The notes under the pieces are model-generated. The model did no database searches, was not told where the DNA came from, and was given only the letters and a program-made list of their open reading frames with translations. From sequence record MT611523.1: DNA of 64,000 nt, one strand, 5' to 3'. The position numbers and the translations under genes are program-made. The DNA comes from Escherichia phage DK-13. Of this stretch, positions 17,980 through 28,917 are shown piece after piece. Each line of letters opens with the position of its first letter. The stretch's first letter is position 1.

Positions 17980-18521
17980 CAGATTGTCTCCTGTTTTACT
18001 TGTTTAACGATAGAAGCTTTTGTGATATCGCCTTTGATAATATAGCAATCTTCAACAGTACCACGGTTTAACAGACGCTCTGCTTCGCCTTCCGCATATT
18101 CTTTTGACACATGACGAGAGTTAATCTCAATCTTGCCATTTTTAACCACAAGCAATTTCCAAACTGATGCAAGTTTTACTGGCACAGGTTCAACTTCTGG
18201 CTTAACACCAACTTCTGCCTGGATGAAATAATCAAATTCATCAGACAATGGACCAGCAGAAACAAACATTGCCCCATGATGCCTGTTCTGTGTGCCAGAT
18301 ATTTTTGGCAAATCCACAAAATCATTTTCATCAATCAAACGAATCTCACAAACTTTTTTACCGCCGCTGATGTCATCGGATAAAATCTTAACTTCAAACG
18401 GAGTCATACCGATGTATCCAGCAATTTGGTAATTGGCTGCCCAGCCTCCGGCAATAAACTGTTTTTTGGCATTTTCAGATACAAATTTGTAAAACTTACC
18501 TTCTTCAAAGAAATCGCTCAT
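17979..18521 (-). CDS. hypothetical protein, member of an in-window paralog family (GKFY...AKKQFIAG N-terminus)
   Basis: 180 aa; N-terminus EEGKFYKFVSENAKKQFIAGG similar to the ORF at 31834..32202; own early promoter upstream. Confidence 0.55.
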   Translation of the reverse strand: MSDFFEEGKFYKFVSENAKKQFIAGGWAANYQIAGYIGMTPFEVKILSDDISGGKKVCEIRLIDENDFVDLPKISGTQNRHHGAMFVSAGPLSDEFDYFIQAEVGVKPEVEPVPVKLASVWKLLVVKNGKIEINSRHVSKEYAEGEAERLLNRGTVEDCYIIKGDITKASIVKQVKQETI

Positions 18522-18550
18522 TTTGTTTTCCTCATGTGTTGATGAAATTC

Positions 18551-18579
18551 ATTATACACCATCCATGGTGAAAGTAAAC
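18551..18579 (-). promoter_or_regulatory. early promoter (GTTTAC, 17 nt, TATAAT) with palindrome CACCATGGATGGTG in spacer
   Basis: - strand GTGTTTACTTTCACCATGGATGGTGTATAATG then SD GAGGAAAACAAA. Confidence 0.5.
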
Positions 18580-18581
18580 AC

Positions 18582-18860
18582 TTAAATTGCTTCGACAACT
18601 ACCGTTTGTTTCTGGAAGTCCATTTTGCATGAAATAGCCAAAATATGGTTATCAATTTTAAATGGAACAATTGCAAATGCTGCACCAGGCGTGAGTTGAA
18701 CAGTGATTGCATCAACTGCATCCGGGAACATGATTTCCAGAATAGCAGACAAACGACCGTGCACTTTTAGTTCAGTCGACACGTCGACGCTTTCGTATAG
18801 ATAATCAGATACAATCTGACTAAAAAGTACTTTAACAATTTCAGAATATGTAGGAAACAT
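18582..18860 (-). CDS. hypothetical protein
   Basis: 92-aa ORF. Confidence 0.5.
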   Translation of the reverse strand: MFPTYSEIVKVLFSQIVSDYLYESVDVSTELKVHGRLSAILEIMFPDAVDAITVQLTPGAAFAIVPFKIDNHILAISCKMDFQKQTVVVEAI

Positions 18861-18931
18861 TTCTTTTCTCGCTTAGTTATTGGGGTATCCAAAGGACCTA
18901 GACCCCATTATACCATAAAATTTTTAAAGCG

Positions 18932-19147
18932 TTAATGGACGGTATGCACCTTGACATTAACGATAAATCGGTCAATGACTTCAGTCAGCGGAACGAATTC
19001 AACATAATATTCGCCCTTGTACCGTTCGTTGATGTCATTACGCAGTGCAGCCAGGTTATTGATAAGAGCAGGAGACATATTCTGACCTACCAGTTTCTGA
19101 AGCTCTTTATAAGCTTCTTCTTCAACTTCATGGTGTTTGTTATACAT
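18932..19147 (-). CDS. hypothetical protein
   Basis: Start moved to internal ATG (MYNKHHEVEEE...) overlapping upstream stop by 8 nt; about 71 aa. Confidence 0.4.
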   Translation of the reverse strand: MYNKHHEVEEEAYKELQKLVGQNMSPALINNLAALRNDINERYKGEYYVEFVPLTEVIDRFIVNVKVHTVH

Positions 19148-19337
19148 AATGTTCTTCCAAGAAGGCCAAGAGTTCTGGAGCGGATTTAAAGATACCGCCA
19201 TCGACCTTGTCTTCATCTTTATAGTCCATTACATCCAGGCCAATACGTCCATCAGTTAAAGGCCATACGCTGAAAAAGTATTCGTAACGTTTTTCAATCT
19301 CTTCGATTGTGCGAAAAATCTTTTCAATGTTATTCAT
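19140..19337 (-). CDS. hypothetical protein
   Basis: 65-aa ORF. Confidence 0.45.
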   Translation of the reverse strand: MNNIEKIFRTIEEIEKRYEYFFSVWPLTDGRIGLDVMDYKDEDKVDGGIFKSAPELLAFLEEHYV

Positions 19338-19529
19338 AAGTTTTCCATGGTAATTGGATTCGAGTTTGTTTTACAGTAAGCTCGACCTCGGGATTCAATT
19401 TTTTCAATCGGAGACATTCTTCCCAGGCGTCTGATTCGTTACTGAACGTATAGAAACGGCCGTCAATAACTACAATCTTTTTCTGATTGGTAATATTAAC
19501 AATGGCCCAGGTATCGCAATAATAGCCCA

Positions 19530-19530
<1 letters not shown>
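19330..19530 (-). CDS. hypothetical protein
   Basis: 66-aa ORF abutting pseT stop. Confidence 0.45.
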
Positions 19531-20748
<1,218 letters not shown>

Positions 20749-20752
<4 letters not shown>

Positions 20753-21231
20753 ACACCAAGCTCCTTATAAAGTTCTTCGCGACAAGTTTTAAGGATTTTA
20801 CCAGTTTCATAAGCTGCGCTTTCAGAAACATCACCAAGTGTGGCGGCAGCTTGCATTTGACCATGGCGTTTAGCCGCATATTCAAAACTTTTTACCAGTT
20901 CACGAATACGTTCTTTTTCATTGTATTCTTCAATAAATTCTGGGTATTCCCAAACAGGTCGCATCATACGATACCAATGCTGAATAGTAATATAATTACT
21001 TCCATCCAGATTAATAATTTGCGAAGGCTTAATAGCGCCCGGGGCATAAAAAGTTACCTGTCTCACTACATCAATACCGTCCACAATAGCCCAAGCAAAA
21101 TTGAAAGTGGCCTTCTTTTCAATTGGTGTGCTTGCACAGGACCCTAATTTTAAGAGCTTTTGTAATACAGGAGATTTAACACCTGAAATGTATTCAGGCT
21201 TAGCCACAAAACTGTTATCACGTAATGTCAT
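20749..21231 (-). CDS. hypothetical protein with its own promoter cassette
   Basis: Start moved to ATG after GAGGAAATGATT (tracker start lies inside the promoter); about 160 aa. Confidence 0.5.
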
Positions 21232-21258
21232 AATCATTTCCTCAAATTTTATTATCCG

Positions 21259-21294
21259 TGGGAGCATTATACTCTGCTCCCATGAGTTTGTACA
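21259..21294 (-). promoter_or_regulatory. early promoter with inverted repeat spanning -10
   Basis: - strand TGTACA-aactcatGGGAGCAgag-TATAAT-gCTCCC; arms GGGAGCA/TGCTCCC. Confidence 0.5.
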
Positions 21295-21398
21295 CTATTT
21301 TCCAAAAAGACCTTGAATATGCAAAGTGGTCGCAATTCCAAAACAAAAACAGAATGCACCAAATCTAACAATATCCCAACCAAGGCTACAGGTCTCTA

Positions 21399-21689
21399 TC
21401 ATTTGCAACGTTCCTCTTTTAGTTCAGAACGATAATAACATAACATACCTTTTTGGTCATGTACATATCTTTTTACATCATTCATCCAAATCCTGAATTC
21501 TTGCGATGCCTCAAAAGGCATACCAACCCACGGCTGACCTTCAATTACCTTCACTTCCCATTGCTGCTTATAATCAGCCAATGCAGCAGGCCAATTAGGA
21601 TGAACTTGGATTGTGGGCTCCACAACGGGCTTCTGGGCGCACGAAACGAGCCCAATAGCCAAACATACTGCCATGATAGATTTCATCAT
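21399..21689 (-). CDS. o-spanin (outer-membrane lipoprotein spanin subunit)
   Basis: 96 aa, signal peptide with lipobox LVSC; ATGA overlap with upstream i-spanin. Confidence 0.65.
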   Translation of the reverse strand: MMKSIMAVCLAIGLVSCAQKPVVEPTIQVHPNWPAALADYKQQWEVKVIEGQPWVGMPFEASQEFRIWMNDVKRYVHDQKGMLCYYRSELKEERCK

Positions 21690-22039
21690 TTGGTGAGCTC
21701 CTGGAAGTCCTGGGCGAACTTATCAAAAGACTGATTAATCTGTTTTTCAACTAATTTAGGCTTCGCGGCCACAACCTTAGTACGTTTTGCATCTGCACGG
21801 AGTTTATCATTTTCCTTCTGCAGGTGTTCAACATATTCCTGACGTTGCTGGTCAAGGAGATTAATTTGATTAATCTGGTCTTTTACTGATTGTAGATTTT
21901 TCGCGTTATCTTCTGCGACTTTGGTGACTTCCGCCACCGCTGTCTTGAGATTATCCACTTTTGCTTTTAGATAGAAACCACTACCAGCAGTTACTACCAG
22001 GGCGAGCATAAGCCCTGCAGTGAGATTACTTATTTGCAT
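21686..22039 (-). CDS. i-spanin (inner-membrane spanin subunit)
   Basis: 117 aa, N-terminal TM helix then coiled-coil; immediately upstream of o-spanin. Confidence 0.65.
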   Translation of the reverse strand: MQISNLTAGLMLALVVTAGSGFYLKAKVDNLKTAVAEVTKVAEDNAKNLQSVKDQINQINLLDQQRQEYVEHLQKENDKLRADAKRTKVVAAKPKLVEKQINQSFDKFAQDFQELTK

Positions 22040-22533
22040 AACTTGATGATTACCTCAACAATATCATCCTGGGATAAACCATTCAGGAGGATGTGATTTG
22101 TGCTGTCAGATGCTGAAATGCGGAACTGATTACCAACTTCATCCGCCATATCATCCTGGGTTAACACTGGATGTTTAATTCCCAGGCGGTGTTGAAGTGT
22201 CAGGGGTTCAACCACAACATAACAAACACATCCATTGATATGTACATTAGGTTGGGTCTGGTTAATGAACACTTCTGCATCATATTTAACCAAATGGTTC
22301 TTTAAGAATTCAACCATTTCAGGAACAGATTCATGCAGTGCTTCTTTCCGCTCTTCTGATTTTTTATCGCGATATTCTTTTTGTTTCGCCTTCAACTTTT
22401 TGTTAGAGGCGAGTTTTTTCCGCAGGTCAGTCATAAGACCAATTTTCTTGGTCCCTTTATAGACATAAATTCCGTCATGACGGTCACCATATTCATTGAC
22501 AATCATTTCATTTGAAATCAGTTGCATATCCAT
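22030..22533 (-). CDS. hypothetical protein, candidate Alc (transcription-termination factor) by position and size
   Basis: Start moved to ATG after GAGGAAAATATT; 167 aa (same as T4 Alc); between spanin genes and rnlA; sequence not recognised. Confidence 0.4.
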   Translation of the reverse strand: MDMQLISNEMIVNEYGDRHDGIYVYKGTKKIGLMTDLRKKLASNKKLKAKQKEYRDKKSEERKEALHESVPEMVEFLKNHLVKYDAEVFINQTQPNVHINGCVCYVVVEPLTLQHRLGIKHPVLTQDDMADEVGNQFRISASDSTNHILLNGLSQDDIVEVIIKLCK

Positions 22534-22546
22534 AATATTTTCCTCA

Positions 22547-22780
22547 TTAGTAGCGGTTATAACCCCGGGGACCAAAAGAGTTGGCACCCAGGCGCTCATC
22601 TTTCTTTTTGGCTCTTGCTCTAAACCCAGAATCACCTGTTTGAGCTTTCAGTTCTTTTAACAATTTGGCCTTCAGGTCAGTAATGAAACCAATCCGGCGG
22701 TCTCCCTTATAGACATAGATTCCATCATTTCTGTCACCATATGCCTTTGTAACTCTGTCATTTGTAATTAAGTTTAACAT
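22547..22780 (-). CDS. hypothetical 77-aa protein, paralog of the N-terminus of the 22030..22533 protein
   Basis: YGDRNDGIYVYKGDRRIGFITDLKAKL vs YGDRHDGIYVYKGTKKIGLMTDLRKKL; own promoter. Confidence 0.5.
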   Translation of the reverse strand: MLNLITNDRVTKAYGDRNDGIYVYKGDRRIGFITDLKAKLLKELKAQTGDSGFRARAKKKDERLGANSFGPRGYNRY

Positions 22781-22811
22781 GTTTTGGTCCTCATCAGTAG
22801 TTGATGGAACC

Positions 22812-22850
22812 ATTATGTATAGAAAGAAGGGGCTTGTACACCCCTTTTTA
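22812..22850 (-). promoter_or_regulatory. compact terminator-promoter: -35 TGTACA sits in the loop of the rnlA terminator hairpin, -10 CATAAT
   Basis: - strand AAAAAGGGGTGTACAAGCCCCTTCTTTCTATACATAATGG. Confidence 0.5.
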
Positions 22851-23987
22851 TTATTCAGGAAGGATTACTTCCGCTTGGTAGTCTAACGGAATGTAAAGTT
22901 TATGATTTTTAAGGAAAACTTTATTGATTTGAGCAATCGTTTGTTCAGTTTCCTGTGGGCGTTGATAGGTGTTCATTAATACGGAGAACAATCCCGGGTA
23001 AGGTTTGCACAACTCTTGACCTTTAATCGCAAACTCGCGACGGTCTTTTCCTGCCAATTGTTTCTGAGCATCAAGCAACAATCCAAGAGTGTTGGACAGA
23101 TAATCCAGATGCGTTACAGTAAAGGCATTAACTTTTTCGCGAGCATAAGTATCGCCAGTAAACATGGCAATAACATCATCCGCCCCGCCAGCAACAACAA
23201 CTTCAAACAGTCGCTCATTATTATTAATGGAGTCTTTAGTATGATGCAGAGCACAATACCATTCTGTTTTCATCTTGAACTTCTGACCACTTGCCAACTC
23301 GTAGACGAAGCCTTCAATCTCTTTCATACCACGGACATTCTCAATGCTCGCCGGGTCATATGCTTCAACCAGGAAAGGACGGAGCGCAGCATCTTTGAAC
23401 AGTTCCTGATAAGGAATATATTCACCAGTTTCATTATGGCGAACGTTCAGTAAAATCAGGTCACGTTCCTGGTAAGGCAAAACAATGCGGTTGGTTGGTG
23501 CAACATATTCCATATTGCATGTATAACCAGCTTCAGTGATTTCAGTTACGCGAGTCCTGAATGCACTGCGATGCTCTTGTTTAAACACCTGCAAGGATTC
23601 AGCAGCTTGGGAGCTTTTGATTGACCCTTTGGATTTAAAGGCGATATTAGTCTGGTCCATATAAGTAGAAACCAAGCTACCATCAGCTTTTGCAGTAACC
23701 AGGACAACCTCATCAAGGTTAAGGTCCATGGTCATTGGATTCTCACCCAGATTAAAGAATTTTTCCATAGGACGGGCGGCAATGCGAACTGGACCATTGT
23801 CATCCATTTCAAACATAATGCCACGACACTCCAGCGCATCATCAAGGAGCCAATCACTATAGGAAGCATAGTTATAGCTAAAGATGCGGAACTTAGTTTC
23901 AAATGGAGAAACAAAATCCGTATAGAAAAACTTACCTTTATCGGATTCGGCGCAAAGCTTCATTAAGTTATCATATAATTCAATCAT
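22851..23987 (-). CDS. rnlA: RNA ligase 1
   Basis: 378 aa; FRIFSYNYASYSDWLL.DALECRGIMFEMD...RPMEKFFNL.ENP matches remembered T4 Rnl1 (gene 63). Confidence 0.9.
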   Translation of the reverse strand: MIELYDNLMKLCAESDKGKFFYTDFVSPFETKFRIFSYNYASYSDWLLDDALECRGIMFEMDDNGPVRIAARPMEKFFNLGENPMTMDLNLDEVVLVTAKADGSLVSTYMDQTNIAFKSKGSIKSSQAAESLQVFKQEHRSAFRTRVTEITEAGYTCNMEYVAPTNRIVLPYQERDLILLNVRHNETGEYIPYQELFKDAALRPFLVEAYDPASIENVRGMKEIEGFVYELASGQKFKMKTEWYCALHHTKDSINNNERLFEVVVAGGADDVIAMFTGDTYAREKVNAFTVTHLDYLSNTLGLLLDAQKQLAGKDRREFAIKGQELCKPYPGLFSVLMNTYQRPQETEQTIAQINKVFLKNHKLYIPLDYQAEVILPE

Positions 23988-24400
23988 TTCTTCACCTTAT
24001 GTTGGTAATTCCACGGGGGATTAAAAAGCTTGATGAACATCGGCTCTTCCAGAGACATCGTTTCGACTGACATTGTGCCAAGTTCATTGGTCATTGACAG
24101 ATTGAAACATTGACGTGCATAGAATACCACCTTTTTACCTTCTTGTAAAGCTTCATGTATCATCCGGGATTTGTTTGAATCACTCGTCTGTTCGATTCGG
24201 TTAATTGCAGTCCGGTAATAGTTGATACGCTTCTTAAGGTTGTTCGTCTTACCAATATACACTAGTTCATCATCAACTGAAATAGCATAGATAACATTTT
24301 TCTTGTTTGCGAGAGTAAGGATAGGGATTTTACCATCGACTAACTCTAACTCCGCGTATTTTATAAAACTGTATTCATCAGCGATTTGTTTCATGGGCAA
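23984..24400 (-). CDS. denA: endonuclease II (GIY-YIG family)
   Basis: 138 aa; GIY-YIG-like VIYAIS...LVYIGKTNNLKKR; position between nrdB and rnlA. Confidence 0.75.
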   Translation of the reverse strand: MPMKQIADEYSFIKYAELELVDGKIPILTLANKKNVIYAISVDDELVYIGKTNNLKKRINYYRTAINRIEQTSDSNKSRMIHEALQEGKKVVFYARQCFNLSMTNELGTMSVETMSLEEPMFIKLFNPPWNYQHKVKK

Positions 24401-24420
24401 AAAGGGCCGAAGCCCTTTCC

Positions 24421-25599
24421 TTATAGATATTTACGGAAACTAGCAAGAACATTCTCATCGACGTCATTGTCAATCTGGGCTACCAGGTAAGCAGACAACT
24501 CAACTTCTTGTGGTGCAGATTGCACATTATCAGAGTTAAGATATTCACGAATCCATGGAATCGGGTGCTTAGTAGATTCTAACACGATTTCACAAGGGAG
24601 ACCGCATTGCTTCATACGAGAAACCGTCAGGTAATCGATGAACCGGTTAAGAATCTCGACGCTCAGCCCAGGGAGTCCACCATCTTTAAACAGATGCACG
24701 GCCCATTCTTTTTCCTGGCGATTAACTTCCATGAAAATGGCTGCGGCTTCTGCTTCACATTCGTGAGCGATTTTAACCCATTCGTCACCGTCAACACCAG
24801 TTTGCAGCTGACGAAGAATATATTGGGTCCCCTTAAGGTGGAGCTGCTCATCACGGGCGATGAACTTCATTATCTTCGCATTACCTTCCATGATTTCCAT
24901 GTTCTTATGGAAGTTAAAGGTGCATGCGAAAGATACATAAAAACGAATAGCTTCCAGGGCGTTAATAACATGCAGGCAGAGATAAAGAGACTTCATCAAT
25001 GCTCGTTTGGCGATAGCTTCTTGTTTGATAGCTCGTTCCAAACGTTCGTCCGCTTCGGGAGTTTCTTTGGCCAGTTCAACAAAAGCAATCTGGTTTTGCC
25101 ATTGACGAGTTTTATTCAGAACATCATCATAGTAATGACCAATGGATTCTGCGCGCTTCATGATTGCATCATCTAACAGGATTTCGTCGAATACCTTCGC
25201 CGGGTCCGTATAGAGATTTCGCATGATGTGCGTATAAGAACGAGAGTGAATTGTCTCGCTGAATGTCCAGGTCTGAATCCATGTATCAAGACTCGGGTCG
25301 GAAACTAATGCGGCTAATGCTGCAGCTGGAGCACGTCCCTGGATACTATCCAGAAGTGATTGGTATTTCAGGTTATTGGTAAAAATATTTTGTTGATGTT
25401 CAGGAAGCTTATTAAATTGGGCTCCATCCATCATCAGGTTTACTTCCTCAGGTCGCCAGAAGTACGAGAGTTGACGCTCTGTCAACTCTTCAAACTGTTT
25501 GTGTCGCTGGATATCATAACGGGCGATGCCCAATCCAGAACCGAAGAACATCGGCTCGGCTAAAACATCCACCGGAGTGGTATTAAAAACTGTACTCAT
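24421..25599 (-). CDS. nrdB: ribonucleotide reductase small (beta) subunit, uninterrupted
   Basis: Diiron RNR beta features; start moved to MSTVFNTTPVDVL (ATG at 25597-25599); no intron. Confidence 0.9.
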   Translation of the reverse strand: MSTVFNTTPVDVLAEPMFFGSGLGIARYDIQRHKQFEELTERQLSYFWRPEEVNLMMDGAQFNKLPEHQQNIFTNNLKYQSLLDSIQGRAPAAALAALVSDPSLDTWIQTWTFSETIHSRSYTHIMRNLYTDPAKVFDEILLDDAIMKRAESIGHYYDDVLNKTRQWQNQIAFVELAKETPEADERLERAIKQEAIAKRALMKSLYLCLHVINALEAIRFYVSFACTFNFHKNMEIMEGNAKIMKFIARDEQLHLKGTQYILRQLQTGVDGDEWVKIAHECEAEAAAIFMEVNRQEKEWAVHLFKDGGLPGLSVEILNRFIDYLTVSRMKQCGLPCEIVLESTKHPIPWIREYLNSDNVQSAPQEVELSAYLVAQIDNDVDENVLASFRKYL

Positions 25600-26324
25600 T
25601 AATTTTTCCTCTTTAAAATTCTTCCACGTTTCCAACCTGAAGGTATAATACCACCCTTTTCTATAAGCGTACAAGATGAGCCATCATTAATCCAAATTTT
25701 ACCGCGTATTCCTTTATATGCTCGGTCCTTGACTTCTGCAAAGGTTGCATCCGGTTTATATGACCATCTGAATCCATATGCATATTGGAATTTCCCTTCT
25801 GCACAATATTTTAGATTTGATGCATTACCGTTAACATGCCGAGCAGCTTCGGCAATTGACTGGAAGCTTTCAATAAATTTTCCGGCTAAATCAAATTTGA
25901 AAATTTTAATTGATGGAACCGAAGTTCTATTTGCAATTGAAACTTGTTCTTTAGATTTATCGGAATGATGCTTACCTAACATTCCCTTTGGATGTGGATT
26001 ATTTTTAAAATATTCTTTCATATGTTTGGAAGAGGACTCTGCAAATCTAAGTCTATGCCATTCATATAATCGATTATTCAATCTATTACCAAATTTATCC
26101 GTACACATTAATGTAATAGCACAAAGTAATCCATGAGTTCTATATATTTTGTACAGTAATTGATGCGCAACGAAATGTTCTCGAGCTGATAATTTAACTA
26201 AATTGGATTTGTCATCTGTGCCGCCCATGCATTTGGGAATAATATGATGGGATTCGGTATAGCCTTCTAAAGGAGAGGCTTTCCGCCTCTCAATTAGAGA
26301 ATCATATATTTTCTTATAATTCAT
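25599..26324 (-). CDS. mobE: HNH homing endonuclease (MobE-like) inserted between nrdA and nrdB
   Basis: HNH motif ESHHIIPKCMGGTDDKSNLVKLSAREHFVAH; NUMOD-like GKHHSDKSKEQVS; ATG overlaps nrdA stop, stop overlaps nrdB ATG. Confidence 0.8.
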   Translation of the reverse strand: MNYKKIYDSLIERRKASPLEGYTESHHIIPKCMGGTDDKSNLVKLSAREHFVAHQLLYKIYRTHGLLCAITLMCTDKFGNRLNNRLYEWHRLRFAESSSKHMKEYFKNNPHPKGMLGKHHSDKSKEQVSIANRTSVPSIKIFKFDLAGKFIESFQSIAEAARHVNGNASNLKYCAEGKFQYAYGFRWSYKPDATFAEVKDRAYKGIRGKIWINDGSSCTLIEKGGIIPSGWKRGRILKRKN

Positions 26325-28579
26325 TACAGTTTACATGCCGAGCAATCATCTGCTTTTGGAACTTCAATTTCGTAATCATCTTGACCAGAACCATCACGAG
26401 AATTATGATAATATAAATTCTTGAGACCAAAATACCAACTGTACATCAAGTCGTCAAGCATAACTGACATCGGAACTTTTCCTTTCGGATAATTCTGTGG
26501 GTCATAATATGTATTGGCTGATGCTGACTGACAAATCCATTTCAACATAATCGCGACTTGTGTCAGATAAGGTTTGTTACCTTGCTTAGCTAGCACCCAT
26601 GCGTAATCGTACAATCCTTTATTGTGCTCAATATTGGGCACGACTTGATTAAAGGAACCCTCTTTTGACTCTTTAATAGAGACTGGTCCACGCGGAGGTT
26701 CGATACCGTTTGTACTGTTAGAAACTTGGGAAGATGACTCACAAGGCATAAGCGCTGATAATGTGCTATTACGGATGCCATGTTCAACCAGGTCTTCCCG
26801 CAACTGCGCCCAGTCACAAACGTAGTTTGGAGCTGCGATTTGGTCAATCTTTTTATTGTACCAGTCGATAGGTAATTCGCCTCGAGCCCAACGAGTGTCT
26901 GAATAATATTCGCAAGGTCCTTTTTCTTTGGCGAGCTTGATTGATGCTCGGATAAGGCCATATTGTAATCTCTCGAACAGTTCATGCGTTAAATCGTTTG
27001 CATCAGCATAGGAAGCGAAATTGCTTGCCAGCCATGCAGCATAGTTAGTAACCCCAACACCCAGGTTGCGCCGTTTTTTGGCTTTCAGAGCTTCTTTAAC
27101 CGGATAACCCTGGTAGTCCAACAGGTTATCAAGAGCACGAACTTGTACTTCGGCCAACTCGTTAATCTTATCTTGGTCCTGCCAGTCAAAACTATCCAGA
27201 ACAAATGCAGACAATGTGCACAATCCGATTTCAGCGTCTTCGCTGTTCACATCAGTAGTCGGGATTGCAATTTCGCAGCAAAGGTTTGATTGACGAATCG
27301 GAGCCTTATCACGGATGAACGGAGTGTAGTCATTCACGTTATCGACGAACTGCGGATAAACCCTGGCCGTACCGGAACGTTCGGTCATGAATAATTCAAA
27401 TACATCTTTTGCTTTGATGCGCTTCTTACGAACCGTCGGGTCTTTTTCTAAGGCTTCATATAACTCGCGGAATTTATCCGGGTTATCAAAATATGAATAA
27501 TACAATTCACCGCCAGCTTCGTGCGGACTAAACAGAGTGATGTAATCATTCTTAGCCAGTCGTTCCATCATCAGGTTATTCAGCTGGACACCATAGTCCA
27601 TATGTCTGATGCGGTTTTCTTCAACGCCCTTGTTGTTCTTCAGAACGAGTAAATTTTCAACTTCCAAATGCCAAATAGGATAATAAGCAGTAGCAGCGCC
27701 GCCACGGATTCCACCTTGTGAACATGATTTAACAGCCGTTTGGAAATGTTTCCAGAACGGAATAACACCAGTATGCTTGACTTCGCCCATACCGATTTTC
27801 GAACCTTCAGCACGAATCATGCCAACGTTGATACCGATACCTGCACGCTTACTGATATATTCGATGATTGAATTAGCAGTCTTATTAATTGACTTCAGGG
27901 AGTCAGCCGCTTCGATAACCACACAGGAACTGAACTGCCTGGTAGGTGTTCTGGCGCCCGCCATGATAGGTGTGGGCAACGAAACCTGTTGCGTGGATAC
28001 TGCATCATAAAAACGGCAAACGTGTTTCAGGCGGTCCGCTGGTTCATCCTGGTGCAGTGCCATGCCAATGGCCATGATAGCGAACTGTGGAGTCTCATAG
28101 ATTTTCCCAGTGGTTTTATCTTTAACCAGGTATTTCTCTTTAAGTTGCATCGCGCCTGCATAAGTCAGGTCAAAATCGCGTTCGTGCTTAATACGAGATT
28201 CCAGGTAAGTAATCTCTTCAGCTGAGTAGCTTGACAACAGCTCTGGGTCATATTTACCTTCATTAACACAATAAGAAATCTGGTCAATAAAAGAACGTGG
28301 CTCAAATTGTCCATAAACATCTTTACGCAGAGCAAACATTGTAGCTTTGGCTGCAACATATTGGTAATCTGGTTCTTCAACCGAAATAAGCCCAGCGGAT
28401 ACTTTGATGATAACCGTCTGAATATCGCGAGTAGTCATGCCATCGCGCAGATGCGGTTTGATTGTTTCGTATAATTCATACGGGTCGATATTAGTTCCTT
28501 CACATGACCAGGAAAGAACTTTAATAATTTTTTGGCCATCAAAATCTTGAGATACACCACTACTTTTTTGTACTTGCAT
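26324..28579 (-). CDS. nrdA: ribonucleotide reductase large (alpha) subunit
   Basis: 751 aa class Ia RNR alpha; active-site region NLCCEIAIPT. Confidence 0.95.
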   Translation of the reverse strand: MQVQKSSGVSQDFDGQKIIKVLSWSCEGTNIDPYELYETIKPHLRDGMTTRDIQTVIIKVSAGLISVEEPDYQYVAAKATMFALRKDVYGQFEPRSFIDQISYCVNEGKYDPELLSSYSAEEITYLESRIKHERDFDLTYAGAMQLKEKYLVKDKTTGKIYETPQFAIMAIGMALHQDEPADRLKHVCRFYDAVSTQQVSLPTPIMAGARTPTRQFSSCVVIEAADSLKSINKTANSIIEYISKRAGIGINVGMIRAEGSKIGMGEVKHTGVIPFWKHFQTAVKSCSQGGIRGGAATAYYPIWHLEVENLLVLKNNKGVEENRIRHMDYGVQLNNLMMERLAKNDYITLFSPHEAGGELYYSYFDNPDKFRELYEALEKDPTVRKKRIKAKDVFELFMTERSGTARVYPQFVDNVNDYTPFIRDKAPIRQSNLCCEIAIPTTDVNSEDAEIGLCTLSAFVLDSFDWQDQDKINELAEVQVRALDNLLDYQGYPVKEALKAKKRRNLGVGVTNYAAWLASNFASYADANDLTHELFERLQYGLIRASIKLAKEKGPCEYYSDTRWARGELPIDWYNKKIDQIAAPNYVCDWAQLREDLVEHGIRNSTLSALMPCESSSQVSNSTNGIEPPRGPVSIKESKEGSFNQVVPNIEHNKGLYDYAWVLAKQGNKPYLTQVAIMLKWICQSASANTYYDPQNYPKGKVPMSVMLDDLMYSWYFGLKNLYYHNSRDGSGQDDYEIEVPKADDCSACKL

Positions 28580-28612
28580 GTTTTCCTCTATAGTTCAAAA
28601 GGGTTGGGAACC

Positions 28613-28858
28613 TTAAATTGTCTCTGGTAGTTCCGAAGTCATTTCATCATTATATTCTTCTTCTGACTGGACAGTGATGTCAAAATATGACTGGACGTCA
28701 CCGGCTGAATCATGACAGTAGACACGTTCATGTCGTTTGGCCAGAAATTTGATTCCGTCAATAGTGATATAAGAATTTGGTGCAGGTAAATCCTGTTCGG
28801 TAAATTGTGGCATTTCAAAAATGACTTCGCCTGACTGGCGTTTAAATCGTAAATTCAT
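28613..28858 (-). CDS. hypothetical protein
   Basis: 81-aa ORF (nrdA.1 position). Confidence 0.5.
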   Translation of the reverse strand: MNLRFKRQSGEVIFEMPQFTEQDLPAPNSYITIDGIKFLAKRHERVYCHDSAGDVQSYFDITVQSEEEYNDEMTSELPETI

Positions 28859-28917
28859 AATTTCCTCTCATTAAATTTTAAATAATTATATCACGGTGCC
28901 CTGAAGCGGAATCGTAT

